From contig CM030333.1 of the NCBI GenBank assembly GCA_017654855.1, positions 186,001-250,000 on the forward strand: a stretch of DNA of 64,000 nucleotides. The letters are read 5' to 3'. Below, one piece after another: positions 23,916-37,294 of this stretch. The notes under the pieces were generated by a model, which was not told the origin of the DNA, did no database searches, and saw only the letters and a list, made by a program, of their open reading frames with translations. The position numbers were made by a program, and so were the translations under genes. Numbering within the stretch: the stretch's first letter is position 1; the number at the start of each line of letters is the position of its first letter. The DNA comes from Podospora anserina. Its lineage: Eukaryota.

Positions 23916-25418
23916 TCAAAGTGCTGCCGAGTCGAAAACAAGCTCAAGTCTGTCCGCTAACACACAGTCGACTTCAGTGCCAACGGTGTTGGCAAGATCG
24001 GTGCTATCAAAGAGTATGCCCAGCTCTTGACTTGTGTACCAGCTTGCACGGTCTAGATTGCCCGAACCAAGCACGGTATACTTGTCATCCACCATGATGA
24101 GCTTCAGATGAGAGTGCACTGGTTCTTCCTCTTTGGTATGTGTGCGCATTTTGAGACTCGGCCGGGGGCGGAAGTAAGAGATGCGTAGCCTTCCAAGGGG
24201 GACATGGCCAAGTTCCATCTCGGCGGGGAGAGACTCTGGCTTTGAACGCTCCGACTTCCGGAACCGGCGCAGCAGAGACCGAAGGCACCATGAAGTTGTG
24301 GTGCCCGCCGTCACGAGCTGCTCCAGAAGCATGAGATTGCGGCTGGTGACAATGTCAACATCAACTCCTCGCTGGAGAGCGCTCAAGACAGCGCGGAGCA
24401 CCGCTTGACAGGTGAGATTCGGTGTCTGCACGTAGATGGACCGCCGAGCCCCGTCAAGAAGCGCAAGTAGTGCGACGTTGAGGGGCGTGCCCGGGGGTTT
24501 GGGGTCCTTTTGCCAAGGAAAGGGACGGAAATGTGGGTTCCGGTGACATGACGAGGGTAGCAGAAGAGTTGGAATAGGCGACGGAGATTCGGGGAGGAGG
24601 GCGGCGCGGCGGTGGGCGGCGCTGGCAACCAAGGCAAGCCCCGCCATCCGGACATCGAACGCCGGTGGCTCGAGGAGGTGGTTCCGCTCTAGGGGTGGCT
24701 GGACACCGCCGTGCTCGGGCTCCCAGGTCCGAGAATAAAACGACAAGAGGCCGCTGACCGCCGGCCCTGTCACCTCGACGCAACCCTCGAGCCAAGGCTC
24801 CCAGCTGACATTACAGCTGGGGATAAAGGCACGCTGCCTGTCTACAATGACAAACTTGGGGTGCATCACGCTGAAGGGCAGGAGGAAGAGACTTTTGGCC
24901 TGGAGCTGAATAGCAGCGCTTTCCAACAAAACAGGGTCTGGCAGGCCCAGGGCAGCTTGCCACGACGACGGCGGGTAGATGTAGCCATCTCGTGACTGTG
25001 GATGCAGCAGCTTCTGCAGTAGAGACCGTGATGAAAAGCAGACGCGAACTCGCAAGGGTGGGGTGGGAGTGGTGCCCCTGGACCTGGCGTCGTTGAGGAG
25101 CGCACGCCGGTGGGCGGCCAGCTTGACGAGAGCGTCATGGAGGGCCGAGAGCGTAGCTGACCCGGCCCAGAAGCAAGTCACAAGAATCACCTCGCGCCGG
25201 GCGGCGGTGAGGGCGGGAATCAGCACGTCGGTGTAGATGGAGGCACCAGTGCCCAAGGTGAAGCCGCATGGCGAGCTGTGCGTGACAAGCAGCTCTCGGT
25301 CCGACGCGTCACCAATGTCGAACCAGGGAATCTCAGCATGGCGGGTGGTGTTTTCAGTTGGCTGGCCGTGTTCCAGTCGCTTGACGAAGTCGTGTACAAG
25401 ACTGGACGTGAAACTCAT
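23916..25418 (-). CDS. Phospholipase D superfamily protein with two HKD motifs
   Basis: HPKFVIVD..SCN and HLKLIMVD..GSGNLD; intronless 500-aa ORF. Confidence 0.9.
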   Translation of the reverse strand: MSFTSSLVHDFVKRLEHGQPTENTTRHAEIPWFDIGDASDRELLVTHSSPCGFTLGTGASIYTDVLIPALTAARREVILVTCFWAGSATLSALHDALVKLAAHRRALLNDARSRGTTPTPPLRVRVCFSSRSLLQKLLHPQSRDGYIYPPSSWQAALGLPDPVLLESAAIQLQAKSLFLLPFSVMHPKFVIVDRQRAFIPSCNVSWEPWLEGCVEVTGPAVSGLLSFYSRTWEPEHGGVQPPLERNHLLEPPAFDVRMAGLALVASAAHRRAALLPESPSPIPTLLLPSSCHRNPHFRPFPWQKDPKPPGTPLNVALLALLDGARRSIYVQTPNLTCQAVLRAVLSALQRGVDVDIVTSRNLMLLEQLVTAGTTTSWCLRSLLRRFRKSERSKPESLPAEMELGHVPLGRLRISYFRPRPSLKMRTHTKEEEPVHSHLKLIMVDDKYTVLGSGNLDRASWYTSQELGILFDSTDLANTVGTEVDCVLADRLELVFDSAAL

Positions 25419-26308
25419 TGTTTTGTTGTTGTTGGGTGACGTCTACTCTACTTCGCAAGAGAGAGCCAAAGCACGCCCGAATGGTGCAGGCCACCTTGGC
25501 TTGCTGATAAGATAAGAAGACCTGTGGTCATCTATCTCTCTAGTGTTATGCTGCCATGCTGACCTAATCAATAGCCCGTAATTAACCAGACCAGCCAGCT
25601 CCAAGGGTAGGCAGTGTGCTATAATATATGTTAAGGCACCCAAGGCACCCAAGGCACCCAGTACGGCACCTAGTCCCCAAAGAATAATATATACAGCATA
25701 AGCGTGGGGGTTTCAAATTCAATATCATCCACCAAAGGAGCAAACTCGCCATTTCCTGCCCCCAGTCATCCATCTCAGCCTTCTCGGCATTCCCTTAAGC
25801 GGAAAGAACTAGTGATGTCAGTGGCTACCGCCGTCATTCGAATAACTAGTTGTAACAATGGGCCTTGCGATGTCGTGATCGAGACCCCCTGTAGATGCAT
25901 AAGGCAGCGCGGGGAGGCGCCCCCCCTTTAACCAATAACAGTGGCGGATAGCATATGTCGCCATTCTAGCGGAAATGTGGCAATGGACTTGGACTCTTGT
26001 TGTGGTGATGTTGGGTATCTGGGGTTGCAGATTTTTGTCCTGCGCTTTGGCCTCTGATAGACGATGGCCGGTACCCTTTCTTATCCTCTATGCAGAACAA
26101 TGATCGCCTTTGACGAATTCAAGCCATATCTGGTTGAGACGAGCCCGAGTCCCCCACGGAGGCTCACGGCTATTAAAGAGGAGTGATGTCTTGAAAATGG
26201 TGCGATGTTTTGCCTCTTGAGCTTGTCTTCTCATCTCAGGGCACATACGTAGACACGTGCCTTAATCGCCGAGACTCTGTCCGACCTTCCCCAAGCATCC
26301 CAATTACC

Positions 26309-28078
26309 ATGACGGCCAAGCTCTCAGCAGATGCCCAAACGGCGCCTCCTACGGCTGACCAGGCAGACCAACATAATGACCAGAGTCTTCGGAAAGTGAA
26401 GGCCGAGCAAGACCCCTTGTCAGCCTCGCCGTCCATCGATGTCGAGCACAGCGATGTGGACGAAAAGTCACTCTTGCGCAAGATCGACTGGCGCCTCTTG
26501 CCCGCCGTCGGTGTGCTGTATCTGCTGTCCTTTCTCGACCGCAGCAATGTTGGCAACGCAAGGATCGAGGGCCTTACGGGCGACCTACACATGACCGGAA
26601 ATCAATACCTCACCGGCCTGACGTTGTATTTCGTAGGCTATGTCATCTTCGAGGTAAGTAGCAGCATCTAATAGCCTCTTAAAGAGGCTCTGTACTGACA
26701 ACGGGTCTTGGCCGGCGCCTTGGTTTGCTAGGTTCCATGTAACATCATCCTCAAGCGGACCACGCCTAGGTTTTGGTTGCCAACCCTGACCATTCTGTGG
26801 GGCATCGTGGCCACGCTGATGGGCATTGTTCAAGACTTGACAGGCTTTTTCATTGCCCGCTTTTTCTTGGGCGTCACAGAGTCTGGTCTCTTCCCCGGTG
26901 TGGTGTACTACTTTTCAATGTGGTATAAGCGACGGGAGAGACAATTTCGCATCTCACTTTTCTTCAGTGCCGCGGCCCTTGCCGGTTCGTTTGGTGGAAT
27001 TCTCGCCTATGGCATCGGACACATGCGAGGGATTGTGTGGGAAAACGGCTGGCGATGGATCTTTATTCTCGTAAGTCGACCAACAAGTGGCCGCGTGTGC
27101 CTCGTGGCTTGTCGGTGATGGCAGTGAACTGACACTAAGTCGATGAGCAGGAGGGCATTGCTACCGTCGTGGTTGCCGTGTTTGCGTATTGGTTCATCTA
27201 CAACTACCCAGACACGGCCGAGTTCCTGACAGCTAAGGAACGGAGTTTCATCCGGAACCGTCTTGCTGCTGACAGCGATGCCACCCATGACGAGCGTTTC
27301 ACATGGGGCAACGTTGCCAAGGCGCTCAAGGACCCAAAGTGTTGGCTCTACGGCCTCAGTTTCCACACCATGAGCCTGCCTCTCTACACCTTCTCTCTTT
27401 TCTTGGTGCGTCAAACTTGAAACCGCCTGCTGCTGTCAAATGCCAGTGTTGGAATGCTGACAAAGGCCGGCCTTTCTTGCTCGTTAGCCCTCCATCATCA
27501 GAGATCTCGGCTACACTGCAGCCAACGCCCAGCTCTTGACCATCCCCCCTTATGCTTTCGCCTTCTTCACAACCCTGACGGTGGCAACCTTTTCCGAAAA
27601 GTACGGGCAACGCGCCATTCCGCTCATCGGCTCGGCATCCTTTGCCATGATAGGCTACATTATCCTGCTGGCCAACACGGACCCCAAGAGCCGGCCAGGG
27701 CTCTCATATACGGGAACCTTCTTTGCCGCCGGAGGTATCTACCCAGCGACGGCCTTGGCGCTGTCGTGGCCGGCCATCAACGTCTCGGGCCAGACAAAAC
27801 GAGCAGTCGCCAACGGTATGCAGATCAGCATTGGAAACCTGGGTGCTGTGCTAGGAACACAGCTCTACCGGCAAAACGACGGGCCCCGGTACATTGTCGG
27901 GCACAGCTTTGCGCTGGGCTACTTGGCAGGAAACATCATTGTGTCGCTGATTCTGTACTTGATTTTGAAGAAGGAAAACACCAGGCGGGATGGCATCACG
28001 GCCGAGGTCAAGGAGGTGGGCGAGCTGCACGGGGACTGGGACGGCGACGACGACGCGCGGTGGCGTTTTCAGTACTGA
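26309..28078 (+). CDS. MFS transporter, anion:cation symporter (allantoate/nicotinate permease-like)
   Basis: LLRKIDWRLLP, FLDRSNVGNA, RFFLGVTESGLFPG, WRWIFILEG; three introns (about 26654-26731, 27071-27150, 27406-27488). Confidence 0.93.
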
Positions 28079-28144
28079 TGTACAGAGTACCGGATAATAA
28101 TTCAGAAATGTCCAGCTTTTGCTTCATAATCCGTACATTTATTT

Positions 28145-28171
28145 GTAGTGTAGTGTGGTGTAGTGTAGTGT
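28145..28171 (+). repeat. (TAGTG)n microsatellite
   Basis: About 5 tandem GTAGT units, one with a mismatch, in the MFS 3' region. Confidence 0.7.
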
Positions 28172-29096
28172 AAAGGGGTTCAGGGGCAAGGCTGCATGTG
28201 GAGATCGCCAAGTTCCAAGTTCTGAAGGATGGTGCTTGGCGGGTAAAATGTGCATCTGAAACAAGCTTTGCAGTCCTGGAAATCGAGAGTTCGTCCCGTC
28301 TGGCGTGTCTGGGTCATGCCGGCAGATCACGAGATTTGGGCTGGACGCAAAGCGTAGGGCAAGACCGGGCTATGCTTGGCTTTCCACACACACCCCGTGC
28401 CTCCCCTCCCTCCCCAAAGCAAGAGAGGCACGTAGTGTAGTGTAGGTGATTAAAAAAGCCTGCGTCGGACTTGTCAGACAGCCGCACCTCAGGTACCTGA
28501 ACAGATCATGTTGCAGCACCTGAAAGATGCCAACACGTGTCCAGGGCTTTCCGCATCGGGAAGCTGCTGGTCCAAGCGCTCCCTTGTGCGCGCGCCAACA
28601 GGGGGAGGTGGTATGGATCAACGCGGTTTCAGAAAGCTTCAGACGGTCCAGAACACACGGGACACTGCCACCGTCAGCTCAACCCCTGCGCGGCCCAGCA
28701 TCAGCAAGTGCAGCAGTGCCTGCCGCCAATTGATGGGTTGAGATTGATGATTCCTGACATTGGTTGATGAGAGCAATTGCCAATTGACATCCCGTCTCGT
28801 CTCGTCTTGTCTGTCTGTAAGATCTCGTATCCTACCTACCTATCTCCGTCCCCGATCGCCTCCTTACACCCCCCCTCCCTCCTCCCTCCATTTTTTTCCC
28901 TTTCCTCTCTCCCTTCTCTTCCTTTTCTTTCTTTCTTCTCTTCTTCTCCTTTGCTTTGGCTTTCTCCCTCCTCGCCCTTTCTCGTAGCTCCTCAGCCTCT
29001 GTGATCTAGCCATCAAAGAGACACTCACACCCTCTCGCTCACGACCGATCTTTCTCCCATTGTGGCCATCCAACTGGAACTCCAAAACCATCCGCC

Positions 29097-30825
29097 ATGT
29101 CCGACGATGGCCCTGCTGCCGGCGCCCCGGCTGCTCCTGTAGCTGAAGCTGGAGGGGCTGCCGGCCACAGCCAAGGCGGTCTTCACAGCGAGACAAGACC
29201 AAAGCGCATCAGCACCCACAGCCCCGTGATAGAGGACATTGCTTCGCTCACCTCGCCCCGGCTCTTCACCCCAAATCCCTTCAGTCGCAAGAACACATCG
29301 TTGGATATTGATGATTACTTTGTGAGTTCCTCCTGACCGGTCGGTCCCTTGGCTGTGGCGACGGAATGGCTGGATGAACCCAGGTGCTGATACTGCTCTG
29401 CAGACAGGTCCACGCGATATCCAGAAACACTCCAAATGGCCCATCTTCCTCCAGATGCATGGCAGCATCTTGCCCAAGATGATTCTGCCCTTGCTCGCTA
29501 TTGGCGCCTGGGCGTCTCTCATCACCATCCTTAGTATGAAGGTGTACATGCGTAGGTCCCTGTTGCCTTTTCTTTGTTTGCCACCGTGCGCACAACTAAC
29601 GCAATGTCTTTCCCATATAGTCGGCATAAACAGCATTCTGCTCACCGTCCTCGGTTTTGTCGTCGGTCTGAGCTTGTCATTCCGCAGCTCCACGGCCTAT
29701 GAGCGCTACAACGAAGGCAGAAAGTACTGGGCGCAGCTGATTCTGGCAACCCAGAATTTGGGTCGGATCTACTGGGTGCATGCTTCTGGCCGCAAGGATG
29801 TGCCCGAAGAGAAGAAGGACCTGGTGAAGAGACGCGAAGTGCTGGAGAAGCTGTAAGTCCCCATGCCGTGGAGAGTCTAGGCGCATGTGGGCTGACCTGT
29901 TGGCGTGACGACCAGCACCGCTATGAATCTTTTGGTGGCATTTGCTGTTGCCCTTAAGCACAAGCTGCGCTTCGAACCATACACGTGCTACGAGGACATC
30001 TCGAGTCTCATTTCACACCTGGATACCTTTGCCAAGGTGGCCACCGAGGAGGACCCCGAAAATGCGCACCGGACCTTCAAGCGCCCGAGTTTCTTCAAGA
30101 GCGTGGGCGAGTACCTGGGAGTGTCGTTTGCAGAAAGCAACCCACGCAAGTCCCTTAAGAAGGCTGCCGTCCCCCTGGGCAACCTCCCCCTCGAGATTCT
30201 GTCGTACCTTGCCTCCTTCACCGACGAGCTCGCCCTCAGCGGCCGCCTGCCCGTCACCATGCACCAGACCATGGCCTACAACAACATCATGTCGCTCAAC
30301 GACGTGCTTGTGGGCACGGAAAGAGTGCTCACCACGCCGCTCCCCATTGCCTACTCGATCGCCATCGCCCAAATCACATGGGTGTACATCCTGCTGCTGC
30401 CCTTCCAGCTCGTCAAGGTGCTGGAGTGGATCACGATTCCCGCCACAGTTGCCGCGGCGTATATCATCCTGGGCATTCTGTTCATCGGTCGCGAAATCGA
30501 AAACCCTTTTGGCCAGGACGTCAACGACCTACCCCTCGAGGCCTATGCTGCTCAGGTGGCCGCCGAGATGGACGTGATCGCCAGCCGTCCCGTCCGCCCC
30601 AGCTACGAGTGGATAGAATCCAAGGACAACCACGTCCTGTGGCCCCTGTCCCACTCGGGCTGGCCCGTGTGGATGAACCGTCCCGAAGAAAAGATCCACG
30701 AGGCCGTCAACCACAAGGTCCTGGCCACCTTTCACAGCAAACGAGCCAAGGAAGAGGCGATTGCACAAGGAAAAGTGCACTCGGAAAAGAATGGCCACAA
30801 AACGGTGAGCGTGGAGGCCGTGTAG
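29097..30825 (+). CDS. UPF0187/bestrophin-like (RFP-TM) anion channel
   Basis: GLSLSFRSSTAYERYNEGRKYW, ERVLTTPLPIAY, EIENPFGQDVNDLPL; three introns. Confidence 0.92.
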
Positions 30826-31148
30826 GCTGTGTAGGCAGAGTAAGGGGGCGTCTTGAATTTATGTATGAAGGAAAAACAGCGGGGCGAGGAAGTGTCGGGG
30901 GTTGGAAAATGGTCTGGTCATGACAAAATAAGCCAAAATGATGCATGGAATGGCGTCGAGCATTTTGGTTTCACTTTCTACAAATCTTTTTTTTCTCCTT
31001 CCTCCCTTTGCTTGTCTCATAACCACACGACAACGCTGGGGTTGTTTTCGTCACACATACCTATTAACCATCTAATAAATATTGATCATGCACATGGTTA
31101 GCTCTTCTCTGTCCCATTCTTCTCCCACCAAACTTTTTTCTTGGGCTT

Positions 31149-32538
31149 TCAACGATAGGGCAACGTGCGAGCCATCTCCTTGATGTCTCGATCCTGCTTG
31201 TACTCGGCAATGCTGTGCTTGCCGGCAACATGGCTGACCAATGTCTCCTCGGTTTTACACAACGTGTCTCGATCGCGATGACACAGACATAGGTAACAGG
31301 CGTACCCTGAATCTGGACGATGACACTTTGCCACAAACCGCGGGGTCAATATGAAGGACTTAGTATCGACCTTTTCGTCTTTGTCGCCGTAGCGACTTCC
31401 ACGTGAAGATGATCTTCCTCGACGTTCCCAGTCCCGATCCCGGTCTCGGATAACCACCTCCTTTTCGATTCGCCAGGAGGATTGACACCCCTCTCTCTCA
31501 TCTCGGCCCGCCGGGGGATTCTCTAGCTGGGTACCGCACGCCGGGCAGGTGACGTGGACCAGTGTGGGAGACGGGCTGTGCTGCAAGTCTACCGCATATG
31601 GGCAGAACAGAGGGCCTTTTCTGTTGGTACCGCTCCGCATGCCGTCATGATACAGATTGGCGGCTGCTGCAGGAGGGAGTGCTTTTCGTACAGGTGGATG
31701 GTCCCAGCCAGCCTCACTTGCTGCATCTCCTCGAAGAGAGGGCGTGGAGGACGTACGGCGGATGGGCGCTCCGGGCCTTGGCCCTCGTCTCGGGATCGGG
31801 GCGGACTGGAGGAAACGCTGATACTGGTCTTGGAGGGCGCGAATGCTGCCCTCGCGCGCAAACTCGGATGTGTTGTACAGCCTGCTCAGATCTGGCGGTT
31901 GGCCAGTAAGCAGGGCTTCCTCCAAGAGCTTGATGACGGTGCTCTGGAGTACTATGATTTGGCTCTGCAGCTGGGTTTGAGCGACCACTGGCCAGGAAAG
32001 CCAACAGTCAGCACGTCGTTCCTGGGGAAAGGTAGAGCGGGACTGGAGGTCTTACGGTCACCCCGGGCAAACTTTTGTCCCATCGTATTGTAGAAGCGGT
32101 CGTACTCTCGCTGGATACTTGGGCCGCCGTGCTGAAGAGAGCGTCGAAGATGGCGGGCACCATCATCGTCTCGGTCGTGGTCATCATCCGCATCGGAATC
32201 AGACGCGGAACCGCCACCCTTTGCTCTCTTTCTCTGACCCTGTTTGCCTTGCTCTTCCTTCAGTTTCGTCCTCTCTTCCTCGGCCGTGTTCAATCGCGCC
32301 TCGAGCTCCTTGATTCGTTTGTTTTGGCCCTTGTCCCGCTTCCTCTGCCGCCGCTGCTCGACCAAGCGGTCGTAGAGGTTGATGCCTGTGATGAATGTGC
32401 CTGCAATGGTCGAGATGAGCGTTGCGAGGACAAATGCTTGCTGCGGGAGCTGTCAGCTTTCACGTCGTCAAACGCAAGAGAGATGGATGCTCTACTTGCC
32501 TTCAACTCTTTTTTCTCAGCCAAGTTGGCAGCGTCCAT
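31149..32538 (-). CDS. Conserved fungal hypothetical protein with coiled coil and Cys/His-rich C-terminus
   Basis: Exons joined by GC-AG intron 32441-32499 and GT-AG intron 31988-32055; REYDRF..FARGD|LVAQTQLQ; FCPYA..CPACG..KCH..CYLC..H..H. Confidence 0.8.
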
Positions 32539-33370
32539 GGCTGCTGCTGGTCGGTTGTCGATGGCGGCTTCTGCACAATAGACGGTCGACAGCGACGTTT
32601 GCTGGCCAGAACTGGAGGGGAATCACGGATAATTAAAGTAGGACATCTGATCGACATGCAATACGGCCCAAGTACCGACCCTGAGCCCAAGATGGCATTC
32701 CTCGGGCCCCCTCGACATCATCCCGCATGGGCTGTCTCGGTTCTGTGGTGTGTTGTGTCACGTCGAAGATACAGGGGTTCCAACTAATGACATCATGGGT
32801 GCTATTGAAGTCACTGGCAATTGGCTGCTGGCCGCCATTGGACGGGTGGGTGCAGATCATGCATCTGGGGCTGCTATAGTACTAGGTGTCGGATCAGCTT
32901 CATCAGCATCGGTTGCATCCGAAGAACCAAGTGGCACATTTGGAAGTGCTGTTGTCTGCTAGCGTCAGCAGGTCAAGTGACCGCCGTATGATGATGATGA
33001 TGACGACGCTGCAGCAAGAGAGGTAAGAGGTAAGTAGGTAGGTAGTGTTATTCTGTAGGTACTGCGGGTCACACCGTGGCTCGTGCACTTGCCCTTCACC
33101 CTTAGGTATCGTTCACAAATAGCGAACGGGCCGCCCGCCAGCTGAAGGCGGGGGTTTAGGTAAGGGGGCTGCCCCTCACCGCCCAAGCACGGGGGCTCCT
33201 GTCCAGCTTGAAACTGCCTGTGCTGTCCATCGGTGCCTGGACCCGACGCGGGTCGGGTGCCCTTCCTCGCAGCGCGTCCCCGGCCGATTTGAACCACCTA
33301 CTCCGTAATATCCCCCGATCCAATTGAAGCTGAGCTGCAACCACCACGCGGACAGCAGGCCAACCTCACG

Positions 33371-34837
33371 ATGCTGTCGGGAATCCTCATCTTCAACCAG
33401 AAGGGCGAGAATCTAATCTTCCGTGCCTTTCGCAACGACTGCCGCCCGCGTCTCGCCGATGTCTTCCGCATTCAGGTCATCAGCAATGCCCAGGTCCGCT
33501 CACCCATCCTGACCCTCGGCAGCACCACCTTCAGCCATGTCAAGCACGAGAACATTTACCTGGTGGCCATCACCAAGAGCAACGCCAATGCCGCTCTCGT
33601 TTTCGAGTTTCTCTACCGCTTGATCCAGCTCGGCCGTGGCTACTTTGCCAAGTTTGACGAGGAGGCCGTCAAGAACAACTTCGTCCTGGTTTATGAGCTC
33701 CTGGATGGTGTGTTTGTCTTGTTTGCTTATCTGCTTGTTGTCTGCCGCGGCGGCCGCTGCTAACGGTGCTCTCTCTCTCTCCCTTTTGCGCAGAAATTAT
33801 CGACTTTGGCTATCCCCAAAACACCGAGACCGACACGCTCAAGATGTACATCACCACCGAGGGCGTCAGGTCGGAACGCGCCGTCGAGGACTCGGCCAAG
33901 ATCACCATGCAGGCCACGGGCGCGCTGTCGTGGCGCAAGGCTGATGTCAAGTACCGCAAGAACGAGGCCTTTGTCGATGTCATTGAGGATGTGAATCTTC
34001 TGATGAGCGCAACCGGCTCCGTGCTCCGAGCCGACGTCACCGGTCAGATTATCATGCGCGCCTACCTGAGCGGGACACCCGAGTGCAAGTTTGGCCTCAA
34101 CGACCGCCTGCTTCTTGACAACGACGGCATGCAGACTCTTCCGAGCGGGAACAGGCAGGGGAGCAAGGCAACCAAGGCGGCTGCCGGCAGTGTGACGCTG
34201 GAGGACTGCCAGTTCCACCAATGCGTCAAGCTGGGCAAGTTTGACAGCGACCGCATCATCTCGTTTGTGCCGCCTGACGGCGAGTTTGAGCTGATGCGCT
34301 ACCGTGCCACCGAAAACGTCAATCTGCCCTTCAAGGTCCACGCCATCGTCAACGAGGTCGGCAAGACAAAGGTCGAGTACAGCATCGGTGTGCGCGCCAA
34401 CTTTGGCTCCAAGCTTTTTGCCACCAATGTTATTGTCCGCATCCCGACCCCGCTTAACACGGCTAGGATCACGGAGCGGTGCACCCAGGGAAAGGCCAAG
34501 TACGAGCCGTCGGAAAACAACATTGTCTGGAAAATCGGCCGCTTCACCGGCCAGAGCGAGTTCGTGCTGAGCGCCGAGGCCGAGCTGACCAGCATGACCA
34601 ACCAAAAGGCCTGGAGCCGACCGCCACTGAGTATGAGCTTCAGCCTCCTGATGTTCACCAGCTCCGGGCTGCTGGTCCGATACCTAAAAGTGTTCGAGAA
34701 GAGCAACTACTCCAGCGTCAAGTGGGTGAGGTACATGACGAGGGCCGGGAGCTACGAGATCAGGTCAGTTTGCCAACCCAACTGGCTTTTAGAGGTGGGG
34801 GAAGTGTCCAAGCTAACACGGCCATGCCAGGTTCTAA
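33371..34837 (+). CDS. APM4: AP-2 clathrin adaptor complex medium (mu2) subunit
   Basis: [68 protein letters not shown]; introns about 33708-33792 and 34764-34830. Confidence 0.96.
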
Positions 34838-35349
34838 CCCCGTTTACTAATACCATGTGTTTTCTTTGGTGTGTCGCGGTATCTGCTGCATTGCATAGCA
34901 CTGGCGTTCGGCGGCGTTTGGTTATTTCAAGAGCATGCGAGAATCTAATGATACACAACTTGATCGGGAATGGGAAAAAAAGAAACACCGTCTCCCACCG
35001 TGGCAGACCAGGACATGGCAGCCCACGCCAGCGGTTCTGCACAACGGAACTTTGATGTCTCCTCGGAATCACGTACTCCCTTCGCTGTTGCATGTGCTAC
35101 CTCTTGGAGGGTGACCGGCGGGATGGCCCCCAGAGCTGACGAGGTGGCGGCGCCCCGTCTCGATCATTTCTCTGGTTCCCATAACCTTATGTTCAGATGG
35201 CTTGCTGGCAAACCACTGATAGCAGCCTGCGGACTTCCGGTTAACCCTGATCTTCTCGCTTCGTTCCGAGAGCACCCTGACACCCGCCTCCATCCTTTAA
35301 CCGCGCTCTCGTCGATGGCTTTTAGCGTAAAAGCCGCCTGGTTTTGATC

Positions 35350-36602
35350 ATGCGCTGCTCTCTCTCTCCGTCGTGGCCTCGTTCTCTGCTGCTAGGTGCC
35401 GTGGCCTTGTGTGCCCTGGCCACCGCCCAAACCTACACAAGCTGTAACCCAACGGCCAGTGAGTGCCCAGATAGCCGTTTGAGGTCCTCTCAAGGGACAG
35501 ATGGCAGCTGACCAGACTTTGTGCAGAGCGCTGTCCCCCTGATGTTGGCCTGCCCGTTCCCAAGTACAGCATTGACTTCCGCAATGGCCCGGATAACAAC
35601 CATTGGTCATCTGTTGGCACGGGGTCCGTCACGTACACGCCCAATTTCGGCGCTGCCTTCACTATCAACAAGCAAGGTGACTCCCCCACCATAGAGACAG
35701 CCTGGTACTTCTTTTTTGGCCGTGCCGAGGTGCACATGAGGGCAGCCAGTGGCACGGGCATCGTCAGTTGTGTGGTCCTAGAGTCGGATGACTTGGACGA
35801 AATTGACTGGGAATGGATCGGCGGCGAACGGAAAGAGGTGCAAACCAACTACTTTGGGAAAGGGAACACAACCACCTGGGACCGTGGCGGCAAGACCGCC
35901 ATGGGAGACACCCAAGGGCTGATACATAACTACACCATCGACTGGACCCCAAGCCTGGTAACATGGTATATCGACGGTGCCATTGTCAGAACCCTGGCCT
36001 ATCAAGATGCCCTCGGTGGCCGCAATTTTCCTCAGACGCCCATGAGGCTGAAACTGGGCATTTGGGCCGGAGGGGATTCAAATAATCCAAACGGGACAAT
36101 TGACTGGGCCGGCGGCGTCACCAACTACACCCAGGGACCGTTTACCATGTACGTAGAGAGCGTCTTGGTCACGAATCTGAATCCAGCGGCGAGCTATTTT
36201 TACTCGGATTTGTCCGGAAGCTGGAAAAGCATCTCCATGACAAATGTCACAACCGGGCCTGTGCCAAGCCAAGCCCCAAAACCGATGCCGGTAGGAGAGA
36301 GCGGCGGTGGCCAGGGTCGTGAGAAAGGGACAGACAAAAGAGACAAGGGCGGAATCACCAGTGACGAGGAGCCCTTTGTGACCCACGACGTGACCGAAAC
36401 AGCATCTGGCGTGGCTTCCTCGGCGACCGGTTTTGTCGGACATGGTGGAAACCCCATCACAACAACCACCATCGTTTCCACAGACCGCCCTACGGAGCCT
36501 GCCTACATCATTTCCGGAGGAAGTAGCTTGACGACTCGATTTGGTCTCGTGGGGATCTTGAGTGTTGCGGTGTGTACAGTGGGAATGCTGGCAGCAGTTT
36601 AA
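35350..36602 (+). CDS. GH16 Crh-family cell-wall transglycosylase, probably GPI-anchored
   Basis: Signal peptide plus QTYTSCNP, intron about 35459-35526, ESDDLDEIDWE catalytic motif, PQTPMRLKLGIWAGG, S/T-rich region, hydrophobic C-terminus. Confidence 0.92.
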
Positions 36603-37294
36603 CTTCTTTGTTGGATTCGTATGGCTGGAGTCTTTCTTATTGAAAAGTTGATAGTATGGGCACCTACCTAAGCAAACCTTTCCTTGCAAAACTCATTAGA
36701 GACATTTAGAGAATATTAGTAGTTCAAAACGAAGACCTACTACTTACAAACTGCTCGACGTAAGCTCCATTGTGAAATCGTATCCGACTGGTTGCAAGCC
36801 TCGACCAGTGGCCTTCTTATCTTGCTGTCTGCGAGCAACTAGGTGGGTGAGTATGTAAGGGTGCTCAGGGTGGAAACAGAGGTCTTGGCCTAGCTGAACA
36901 CACGATAAACCAAAGTCGAGTTAAGGTAACTCCATGTAGGCGATGTTGGAACCAATCTTGGATGGTTGGTAACAGGTTAACAAGGAACCCATAGAGCAAC
37001 CAAGTCTCCCGGCGATCATCCCGAGCCTTCTGCAACACCATAGCAAGTTTGAGCTTAGCTGCTGATCGTATCTGTTTTCTACTTGACAACGTATGATACA
37101 AACCACTCGGTGCTCTCGAGGTAGTTATATCAGTCGTACCTGTCTCTCAGTAGGTAGGTACGTGCACGAGCATCGGTGTATTTACAGCATCTCATCCAAC
37201 GATGCATTTGTCGTGACATGGCTCCTATGACACATTCACCCGCCACGGATGAATTTCCCGAGCAATTTTCACGAGAAAATCTCGAGGAACGTCT

